NCBI GenBank assembly: GCA_012295275.1
Contig: CM022674.1
Location: 7,874,001 to 7,938,000, forward strand
Length of the DNA: 64,000 bases
Direction of reading: 5' to 3'
Source of the DNA: Chrysomallon squamiferum
Lineage: Eukaryota; Animalia; Mollusca
Shown here: positions 54,479 to 64,000 of the stretch, piece after piece
Numbering within the stretch: the first letter of the stretch is position 1
Layout: every line of letters begins with the position of its first letter
Position numbers and translations under genes: made by a program
The notes under the pieces: generated by a model
What the model was told of the DNA's origin: nothing
Seen by the model: the letters and a program-made list of their open reading frames with translations, nothing else
The model's database searches: none

Positions 54479-56353
54479 GTACGTTTCAATGTCTTGTTTA
54501 CTCGTTTATTTGTTTATTTGTTTATTTTGTTTGTTTGTTTGTTTGTTTGTTTATTCATCTTTTTTTTGTTTTGTATTTTGTGTATTTGTGTATTTGTTTA
54601 TTTACTTGTTTGTTTATTTTAAATTTATTTGTTTACTTGTTTGTTTGTATATTTATTGTTTTTTGTTTTTTATTTATTTATTTTTTATTTACTTATTTAT
54701 TTATTTGTTTATTTGTTTTATGTTCATGTACATACATTTTTTAGAATTCTCTTGCACAAAAATACCAATATCAATATAGCAATAAATAAATAAATATGAC
54801 AAAAAACAAAAATGAATAGAATAAAAATAAATACTCCAGAGGTTTTTACTTCTTTCTTTATTTAATAAACAACTTCTAGACATCTCATTGGCTGATAGTA
54901 ATCATTTTCTGTCATCTGATTGGTTAAAAGAAATGTCTGCTGTATTATCACTGAAGTGGGTTTTTAATGAATTTTGTCAGTTTTGACAGTGCATAAAAGA
55001 AAGAAATTATCAGCAAATGCAGTTCTTGCGCTGGCTGTTTTATAGAATTAGAAATTGTTGTCACTGTGTCAAAGCACATACGTGTCTGTTTTTAGCAACC
55101 AGCAATGGCTGCCACAGAAATGTCAGCTTTTAAGACCAACAGCGGTGGCTTTTGCCATATAAAATTGATTTTCTTTCAGTCTGATTTTAGCCTTCAGTTA
55201 TTAAATTATCAATCTTTCACAGAACACAACTAGGTGGGGAAAAGTTTAACGAAAGAACTCGTAACCCATTTTAAAAGTTACAAATTGCTAAATTAATCAG
55301 ATAAATTTTTGGTTTCTAAGAATATACTTAAATAAATATTTAATGCAATTTGATTTTTATTATTATCTTTTAATATTATATTTATTTTTTTTTGCTGAAT
55401 TTAAAAAAAAAAGAAAGAAAAGAGAAAGCCTCTGTTTTTCTAGTTCCATTAAGAAATTTTGTCAGTTTTCTCTTATTCTTGTTGAATCTGTGTGAAACAA
55501 AGACTGTATTTGTTTAGTTTTTTTTGTACACGCAGTCATATGAGGATTTATATACAGATGGATGAAATTCACTCTCTGGAAATAAAAATTTGTCAGTGAA
55601 TATAACTTTGTATGTAGCCCTCAAATGTGTAGTGTAATCACACAAAAATACAAACACATTCAGAAACATATTATAAAAACAAACAAGGACAACACACATG
55701 TACATGTATAACAGACACATGCACAAATGCAACACACATACATGCCATCTTAACATTTTCCAATATTTGGTAAAGTCTAAAACATATATATGAAATATAT
55801 TTAGCAGATTTATTTTGCCTTTTATTTTAACCTTTTAAAACATGGACTACTTTTAATGATTTTAGTCTCTGGAGAATTTGTTTTATTGATCTGGCTTCGT
55901 TGACTGATGGTTATATTTTCAAAACAGACGTTGTGACACTTAAACTGACAGAAAGTTTTCCCTGAACTCTTCAGTTAATTGTGTTTTGTGTAGGAATGTC
56001 CGCCTCTTTGTAAAATCATTAGTGCCACAAAGTGTGACATTTCTAGTTTCCATGACAACCTGGCTTTGCACCAGAAAGTGACATTTCTTGTTTCCGTGAC
56101 AACCTCTCAGTCTCTGACTTATTCTTTTAGAGAGAAAAAGGTTCATGAATTTCTAGACTTGGCATAGTTCTTAATTTTTCTATTTTTTGACATTTTTCCA
56201 CTTGTTTTTTTGTTATTATATAATAATTAAAGCTAATAATCAATATATGATATTTGTTAGTTGCTAGAACATTTTTTAAAGAATGAAAATAATGTAATAA
56301 CTGATTTATTTATTTGTCATTTTTTTTTCATGTTTTATTAATTCATTTCTATG

Positions 56354-56399
<46 letters not shown>

Positions 56400-56405
56400 T
56401 GTATG

Positions 56406-56440
<35 letters not shown>

Positions 56441-56790
56441 AACTTTATTGCCCATCTTTTCATTTGATATTCATAATTATTTTAAAATGAGAATGTTACA
56501 ATTTACATTTTTTTTTTAAATTATTATTATTAGTAGTATTCTTTTTTTAATAGCAGACTTCTTTATCAACAACATTAATAAAAATAAATATATGCTATAA
56601 AACTTATATTAACAATTTATTGATCTATTTGTTAAATTTTTGAAGCTATTTTTGTTTTTATAGAACTGTAAATAATTATTTAAAGATCAAATGATTATGA
56701 TAAATTCAGACGTGAGCTTGTAAGGTATCAAACACATGTGACTGAATTGATCAAATCTTGTAAGATTAAAATGTCTGACTGATGTTTCAG

Positions 56791-56903
56791 GTCACCAGTT
56801 TGTGGGTCAGACGGTCGGACATACGGAAACAAATGTCACCTGAAGTCTGAGTCCTGCCAGTCACAGAAAGAAATCATAGTTCAGTCCATGGACAACTGTG
56901 ACA
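56791..56903 (+). CDS. AGRN: Agrin exon, FS8 Kazal half ([37 protein letters not shown])
   Basis: gtttcag|G ... A|gtacgt; 113 nt, phase 2-1, matching the phase-2 donor of the previous exon. Confidence 0.92.
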
Positions 56904-56915
56904 GTACGTGTCACC

Positions 56916-57985
56916 CACTAACACTCACATAGTAGACTAGTGTTACTTACACTCACAGTAAACTAGTGTTACTAACACTCCTAGTAAACTAGTGTTACTT
57001 ACACTCACAGTAAACTAGTGTTACTAACACTCCTAGTAGACTAGTATTACTAACGCTCGTAGTAGGACTAATATTTAACACTTGTAGACTAGTATTAGTA
57101 ACACTCATAGTAGACTAGTATTTAACACTTGTAGTAGACTAGTATTACTAACACTCATAGTAGACTAGTATTAATGTTTTTAACACTTGTAGTAAACTAG
57201 TATTACTAACACTCATAGTAGACTAGTATTAATGTTTTTAACACTCGTAGTAAACTAGTATTACTAAAACTGATAATAAACTAGTATTAGTATTTTTAAC
57301 ACTCATAGTAAACTAATATTACTAACACTGATAATAAACTAGTATCAGTGTTACTAGCACTGATAATAAACTAGTATTAGTATTTGTAACACTGATAATA
57401 AACTAATATTAATATTTAAAACTCTTAGTAAACTAGCATTAGTATTTAACACTGATAATAAACTAGTATTAGTGTTTTTTATAAACTAGTATTTTTATTT
57501 ATGAAACTGATAATAACCTAGTATAATGATAATAAACTAGTACACTGATAATAAACTAGTATTAGTATTAGTAACATTGATAATAACCTAGTACACTGAT
57601 AATAAACTAGTATTAGTATTAGTAACATTGATAATAAACTAGTATTAGTATTATTAACACTGATAATAAACTAGTATTAGTATTTCTAATACTGATGATA
57701 AACTAGTATTACTAACACTGATAATAAACTAGTATTAGTATTTTTAACACTGATGATAAACTAGTATTAGTATTTCTAACACTGATGATAAATTAGTATT
57801 AGTATTTTTAACACTGATGATAAACTAGTATTAGTATTATTAACTTATAATAAACTAGTATTAGTATTAAAACTTGTAGTAAACTAGTATTACTAACACT
57901 GATAATAAACTAGTATTAGTATTTTTAACACTGATGATAAACTAGTATTAGTATTTTAACACATAATAAACTAGTATTAGTATTT
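56916..57985. repeat. ~1.07 kb ACTAGT-core satellite (26-33 bp units) starting 12 nt into the intron after FS8
   Basis: taacactcatagtaaactagtattac units grade into taacactgataataaactagtattagtatt units. Confidence 0.95.
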
Positions 57986-58424
57986 TTGTTTTATATATGA
58001 AGGTGTTAGATTTCATTTAGAATATCTACTTTCATCTAAAGTGTGTGTGTGTGTGTGTGTGTGTGCGCAAGAGTGAAACTGTATGTGTATATATTGGAAA
58101 TACAAAACAAAAAATAAAGTTTGTTATGGGTATGTGTGTTTATGAAAAACATTGTGTGTGTAAACTATAAAGATTGATATTTAAAATAATTTGTTTACAT
58201 GTGTTTGTGTTTCTCTGTAAAAAAAAAAATTACACTGCTTCTGCTAAGCAGAGGTCCATATACTTTAAACAAAATAGTAAAAAATATTCCACAGAACAAA
58301 CAGAAAAAGTTACAATTAAATGTATTTATTTATTCTTACATATATTAGCATGCCTGTATAATGTATTTAACGTTTATTAATTTAGAGTAAATAAAACAAA
58401 TAAAATAAATTGTTTGTGATTCAG

Positions 58425-58568
58425 TTGTGGGATCGGAGGAGCCATGTGACGGCAGTCCCCCCCTCATCAACCCACTGACAGGAAAAGACTACAAGTGTAC
58501 AAGTTCTGGTAAGGGCTGCCCCGCCAGCAGCTACTGTGACAGTGAATTTATGAAGTGTTGTAGAGAAG
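58425..58568 (+). CDS. AGRN: Agrin exon encoding a lustrin/WR1-like 6-Cys module (IVGSEEPCDGSPPLINPLTGKDYKCTSSGKGCPASSYCDSEFMKCCRE)
   Basis: ttcag|TT ... G|gtaaat; 144 nt, phase 1-1; GC-rich open frame with C..P....C...CP..YC...CC spacing. Confidence 0.85.
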
Positions 58569-59196
58569 GTAAATAAAAGAACTAAATTATTATTTAGATT
58601 TTTAGACTTATTTTTTTATCTATTTCATTTAAGAATTATTTTTGTCTTGTTTTTTTGTTTTAGATTTGTTTTGTTGGTTTTTTATTTTTAATTTTGTGGA
58701 TGTTTTAAAGATTTATTTTGTAAGGAGTGTTAGGTTTCAATTTGCAGTTTTTTATATTCATTTTGAAGGTCTTTTTTTAAGATTTATTTTCTATTTTAAT
58801 TTCTTTTAAGATTGATTTTATTTGCTAAACTGATATAACTATCTGGTCGATTTTGAATTTTTACCTTTTTATATGCATGATGACATCACTAAATCTGGAA
58901 AAGTTCACCAATGATAAAAATACATCTTCATATGCTTCTTTTTATTAGCACATTTAACAAAGCCTGTAATATAACAACTTGTACATATTCAAAATATATT
59001 AATGATGTGTTTGCACAATATTAGTACATATCTCAATATGCCCTGATTATTTAATTTTTCATTTAATTTAAATTAGTTCAAATATAATTTTATCTGATAT
59101 GTTAATTTTTGTTGTTTTTTCTACATTATTTATCAAGATGTTATTGTGATAAAAACAGACACTAGTAATAACTGTGATGTGATGTGTGTGTTTCAG

Positions 59197-59289
59197 AAGG
59201 ACAAATACAGAGATGTTCAGACAGCCAGTATGGATGTTGTCTGGATCAGCAAACTGCCTCTCCTGGACCTAAAGGTGCTGGATGTCCAG
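59197..59289 (+). CDS. AGRN: Agrin exon, Cys-rich linker (EGQIQRCSDSQYGCCLDQQTASPGPKGAGCP)
   Basis: tttcag|AA ... G|gtaggt; 93 nt, phase 1-1; matches the YGCC..GCP segment preceding laminin-EGF1 in vertebrate agrin. Confidence 0.92.
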
Positions 59290-59492
59290 GTAGGTCCATT
59301 AAACATTTAAATTCATTTTAAAAGAGGCTTCAGTAATACTGTTTAGCAATGCTTTGGTACAAGTCAAATATAAATCTACTGTAATTAAACTTACTGATCC
59401 ACTCTAACATTAAAAACTGTTTTTATTATAAAGATATGTACAGATTTAAATATTATTTAAATATGTTCATACACATTTTACAGATATATATG

Positions 59493-59560
<68 letters not shown>

Positions 59561-60406
59561 TGTTACACATTAACATTTAGACTAGTCATATTTCTATCAC
59601 ATACTAATATCTAATTTTGTTTTTTCAGCTCAGCTGTGTGTTCATAATAACAATCTGTAACTAACTTTATATCTAATATTTCTTTTCTTTGGGTTTTTAA
59701 ACATGGTGATGCTATATTATAATAAATTTTATTTTATATTTACAAATTATTATGAATTTTAATTACCTTTGGTTTTTATTTTTATTTATACACTGATTAA
59801 TTTTATTTGTATATATTCTAAAAATTATGTGACTTGTTTCAACTAAAGGTATATGAAGTTCAGTGATTAAAAATTATAAAGAATTGGCAATTTTTTGTCT
59901 TTGACTCTTCAGCTCCCACATAATTTCTCAGCTTTTTGATAATACTGAATTCAGATAATAAATATCCTAAATAAATTATAATTTATTGGAAAAAAAAATG
60001 ATATATATTGTAATAATGTGAAAAAATGGACTTAAAATGCTAAAATTTGTTTATAATTTCTCATTCAGAAACGAGATTTATATATTAATTTGTTTATATA
60101 ATCATTATTTGGAATAACTAAAAATCTGGAATGTACACATAATAAATGAATAAAAACAAAAATAAATAAATAATGATAGTAAAGTGATAGACATTATGCA
60201 TGTTATGTTGGAGCAGGTCACATAATGTGGTTTTTTTTTAATTGTTGTTAGTTGTTGTTTGTTTTATAATGGAATGTGCCAGTCTATTGTTAAAATGTTT
60301 TTATTATTTTAGCATAAAAATTAAACCAAAAATAAAAATTTGTTTTGATTTTAGTAACCATCAATATCAAATTAAAGATAATAATGATAATGATAACAAT
60401 AACTAC

Positions 60407-60445
<39 letters not shown>

Positions 60446-60696
60446 CTTTAATAATAATACAATTACATATAAAATTTAAAAAAAAAGAACAGGTTTAAAT
60501 AATTGTTGAATATTTATATCTTATCATAAGGTAGCTAATCATTTATTTGTATAACCATTCTGATGTTTAGATAGTTTACTTTCTTTCTATGAACAATTAC
60601 CTATCAGTTAAAGTATTTGATACACACAGACACACACACATGTATATTTCATATTATATGCAGTTTTATCATTTAATCATTTTTATTTTAAAACAG

Positions 60697-60861
60697 AATT
60701 CTGTCACTGTAATCCTGTTGGTTCCTATGGCAACACATGTGATCCTCATACACAGCAGTGTTCGTGCAAGCCTGGGGTGGGAGGGTTGAGGTGTGACCGA
60801 TGTAACCCTGGATACTGGGGACTTCATCTTATTGTTGAGAAGGGAATTCCTGGGTGTATTG
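60697..60861 (+). CDS. AGRN: Agrin exon, laminin-EGF domain 1 ([55 protein letters not shown])
   Basis: aaacag|AA ... G|gtgagt; 165 nt, phase 1-1; 8-Cys LE pattern. Confidence 0.95.
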
Positions 60862-61621
60862 GTGAGTTAACCCTTTCTCTGACACTCCTGCAGTAAAAAC
60901 AAAAGAAACAATCTCTTCTAAATATTACAACAGAGTAATCTGAACTTAGATTTTGTTTTTAAGTAAATTATATAAATTTGATAACAGCCTGAAATGTTGT
61001 TGAGATTTCTGTAAATTAATTTTATATTTGGAAATATTTTCACTTTTATGATGTCCAGATATTTTTAATTATTTCTAGTAAAATTTTATTATTTTATTAA
61101 TTATAGATTAACAGTATATTTCCCGTAAAATTTTATGTCTGTAATTATATCAGTAGTATAAAACAAAAGTTTTTTGTTTTGATATTATTAATTGACTGTG
61201 CTTTAGTAAAGTTCATTGATGTTGAGAGTCAGCATAGCTAAAAATGTTTTAAGAAGTAAACATTTAAATCATTCTGGTATTATCATTTAAAAATTTAAAC
61301 CATTAGGGTTTGATCATTTAAAAAATTAATTGATTGGTGTATTATTATCTACAAATTAAAAGCATGAGGTTATTATCATTCACGAATTTAGCTCTTGTTT
61401 TTGTAATAGCAAATATCAATCATTTTGAGAAGTTATTTTTATCATTCTGACACTGATCATTCAGAATGAGTATCAAGCAATTTAGCAGGATCACATCTGG
61501 AAATTTAAATCATTCAAAATTGTTTCATTTATCATGAATTTTATTGTTTCTTACTGAATAACTGCAGCCTGAACAAGATTTTTAATCTGTTTTGTTACTG
61601 TGATGATGTTGTTTTCTGCAG

Positions 61622-61762
61622 CGTGTAACTGTAACAAGTTTGGTTCGACGAGAGATGACTGTGATCAGATGACAGGAAGGTGTATGTGCAAACCTAACAT
61701 AAACGGGATGAAGTGTAACCAGTGTCCAGACAGGAAGCTGCTTGGGCCTCTGGGATGTGAAG
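61622..61762 (+). CDS. AGRN: Agrin exon, laminin-EGF domain 2 ([47 protein letters not shown])
   Basis: ttctgcag|CG ... G|gtcagg; 141 nt, phase 1-1. Confidence 0.94.
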
Positions 61763-62060
61763 GTCAGGGTCATTCAGTAAAATTATGAGAAACCATGTTA
61801 ACTTAACAAAGTCAAGGAACTACTTTTTCATTTAATTGTATCTTTATTTCCTTCTTTTATTATTATTTTAAATTATTCTAATTATTCTTATTCATATTCA
61901 TATTATTATTGTTGTTATTGTTGTTGTTTATTTATTTTGACTTTATTAATTCAAATGCAGCATGGATGACTGAATTCTGCCATATTTATTATTTCTACAA
62001 TGTAACTCCAGAATGGGTCTTTTTTTTGTATATAAAATTTTACTGTTTTTATTTTTCTAG

Positions 62061-62294
62061 TGACTGATGTCCCGTCTTCGTGCAATGACCTGGAATGTCA
62101 GTTTGGTGCTGTGTGTCAGGACTTTGACGGGCGACTGGAGTGTGTCTGTGAGGTTCACTCATGCGAGACTGAAAACCCTCAGGAGATAGTGTGTGGGACA
62201 GACGGACAGAACTACGGCTCTGAGTGTCAGCTCCGCCTGTTTGGGTGCAGACTGCAGAAACACATTGCTGTCGCCTACAGAGGACCTTGCAGAG
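62061..62294 (+). CDS. AGRN: Agrin exon, FS domain 9 (VTDVPSSCNDLECQFGAVC...VCGTDGQNYGSECQLRLFGCRLQKHIAVAYRGPCR)
   Basis: tttttctag|TG ... G|gtcagc; 234 nt, phase 1-1. Confidence 0.93.
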
Positions 62295-62604
62295 GTCAGC
62301 CAGTTTACTTATTTACTTTTTTATTTATTTACTTAGTTACTTTGTTTATTTTAATTATTTTCTTTTTTATTCATTTTATTTATTTATTTATTTAATATTT
62401 AATTGATTGATTTGATTTCATTTTGGTATTATTATTATTATTATATATTTTTAAAAATGTCTTTGGAATTATATAAATGATTCATAAGTTTAGGCTTGAT
62501 TGATTTATTTATGATCTCAGCAATGTAACTTCAGATGGGTTTTACAACATAAAAGAAAAATTTGGAGGACACCATGTTTTTAACAAAATTTTAAATGATT
62601 TCAG

Positions 62605-62754
62605 CTTTGCCATCAACTGAGACTACGACACCAGTTCCTTCGACAACACGATCTCGCAAGACTACACGACACATAAAGGACAACGCCAGTCAGCTACCAT
62701 CAGGTGACATCAAAACCAGCGGAACTGACCAACCTGACTCCGACAACGTCTGTG
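62605..62754 (+). CDS. AGRN: Agrin exon, Ser/Thr-rich region (ALPSTETTTPVPSTTRSRKTTRHIKDNASQLPSGDIKTSGTDQPDSDNVC)
   Basis: tttcag|CT ... G|gtacgt; 150 nt, phase 1-1; lies where agrin's first S/T region is expected. Confidence 0.85.
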
Positions 62755-62911
62755 GTACGTTATTAGCATATCACTTAATTTTGTTTATTTTTAATTTAAT
62801 TACGTTTTTAAAACTAACCTGACTCAGACAACATCTGTGGTACGTTTACTGTTATTTAACATATCTCTTAATTTTATTTATTTTTAATTTAATTACATTT
62901 TTAAAAATAAC
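62731..62911 (+). repeat. Tandem duplication (~85-95 bp) of an exon 3' end, its donor site and the intron start
   Basis: aacctgactc(c/a)gacaac(g/a)tctgtggtacgtt...ttaatttaattac.tttttaaaa occurs at 62731 and 62816. Confidence 0.9.
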
Positions 62912-63463
62912 ATAGAAGAAGTTTTAATAGCTGTTATATGTTTGTAATTTTAATAAATAAAAATAAATTATTAATATTAAATTCTGTTTCATTTCAATAA
63001 AATTTCAGATCTTTTAGAAACTTTCGATTTATTTTTAAAATATTGAAATTCATATTTTTAATAACACAAGTACAGAATGAAGACTAATTTTCCATAATGA
63101 AATGACAAATGTCGAAACCTTTTTAATTCTGAAATCCTATATTCAGTTGAAATTAGTTGCATTTGTTAATTTATCCAAATAGGATCTTTTATAATTTATT
63201 AAATCTTAAACAGTAGAATAAAATAACCTCTGTGGCCCACATTTTTAAAGTAGCATTTTTTAATGTATCAAAGACAAGTAGGTATATACATTGCTTTAAT
63301 AAATGCACTGGTTAGAATGGGAAATGCCACTCATTTTTAAATGTTACATATGGTGTCATTTAATCTGTAAAGTTATAATTAAAATATATATATATATTGC
63401 TCATTTTATCAACTTTTAGAATGATTTGTTTGTTACTAATAATAAAGATTGTTTTTTTTCCAG

Positions 63464-63595
63464 AAGGTCTGAGTAAGATTGACGAGCTGTGTATAGATGA
63501 CGACACTTGCTGTGCTAATAACAGTCAGTGTCACCTCGGACTGTGTCACTGCCTGCCCGGCTACGTCCCTTCACTGGACATGACTCACTGCATTG
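63464..63595 (+). CDS. AGRN: Agrin exon, EB/EGF-like Cys-rich module (EGLSKIDELCIDDDTCCANNSQCHLGLCHCLPGYVPSLDMTHCI)
   Basis: ttttttttccag|AA ... G|gtgagt; 132 nt, phase 1-1; CxCxPGY EGF-like ending. Confidence 0.88.
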
Positions 63596-63983
63596 GTGAG
63601 TTCCAGACTCCCTAACTAGCAAGACTCACCTCCATCTTGTGACATAACATTTATACTCATCTATAGGCAAACATGTGAACTCTGGTAGAGTTAGGTGATC
63701 CCAGGCAACATATTTAAGTAAAGAAAACAAGATTCTGTTACAAAACATGTTAATGTAAAATCATCATTTAAAAGAATGAGGCAACCAAAGTTTTTGTCAC
63801 TAAAGGTGATCTTTGTTGCATGTCAATAAAATAGTCATTTGTAGCAATGTAGAGATTACAGACATGTTTACTACAGGTAGTTCAGGAGTTAAAATTAAAG
63901 CAGACATTAATTATTCTTACACAGAATCTTTTAAAGAAATATTTCTAAACAAATTACTGTTTTACTGAATGTCTTTGTTTCAG

Positions 63984-64000
63984 AGGTAAAACGTGAACCA
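63984..64000 (+). CDS. AGRN: Probable start of the next agrin exon (EVKREP...), truncated by the window end
   Basis: gtctttgtttcag acceptor followed by an open phase-1 frame; only 17 nt are visible. Confidence 0.5.

Larger units (their letters stand above)
19719..64000 (+). other. AGRN: Agrin-like gene, partial span (5' and 3' ends outside the window or not identified)
   Basis: Manually spliced exons give an open 943-codon frame with order FS1-FS8, Cys modules, LE1, LE2, FS9, S/T. Agrin-diagnostic strings include YGCCxDxxTA..Gxxx[19 protein letters not shown], [15 protein letters not shown], LGPxGCE and GGSGSG after FS7. Confidence 0.93.

Noticed and set aside
54479-54779. Hydrophobic tail after FS8 N-half suggesting a membrane-anchored truncated isoform
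   Set aside because: Read-through into a (TTTG/TTTA)n intron past a good phase-2 donor that matches the next exon. Similar read-through tails follow 29100, 62294 and 62754.
19719-63595. Alternative identities: follistatin, tomoregulin, Kazal inhibitor cluster or laminin
   Set aside because: The 8 FS + 2 laminin-EGF + 1 FS + S/T order with an SGSG linker in one continuous frame is characteristic of agrin.

Overview
AT-rich, microsatellite-laden eukaryotic (metazoan) genomic DNA; the sequence style suggests a mollusc or other lophotrochozoan, but this is inference only. The window holds the middle of one large plus-strand gene, an agrin ortholog. I spliced 18 complete coding exons by hand (19719-63595; 2829 nt = 943 codons, all GT-AG, phases mutually compatible) plus the probable start of a 19th. 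The domain order is 8 follistatin/Kazal (FS) domains, a lustrin/WR1-like 6-Cys module, a YGCC-type Cys linker, 2 laminin-EGF domains, a 9th FS, a Ser/Thr-rich segment and an EB/EGF-like module. That is the vertebrate agrin order plus two extra modules. No upstream coding exon (e.g. NtA) is recognisable in 1-19718, and the C-terminal EGF/LamG exons should lie beyond the window. The most interesting locus is 28.6-29.1 kb, where the FS2 exon extends 5' into an in-frame signal-peptide-like leader. The leader has its own Kozak ATG (embedded in an RFX X-box), a predicted free N-terminal Cys after cleavage, a TACTAAC-branch acceptor and a dual acceptor/donor CAG|GT site, which together suggest an internal N-terminal isoform switch. 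Other candidates are microexons (one created by tandem duplication), a possible recursive splice site, a TACTAAC-rich satellite, and recurrent X-box and TTATCTCCCTT motifs. Most ORFs in the supplied track are artefacts of simple repeats.
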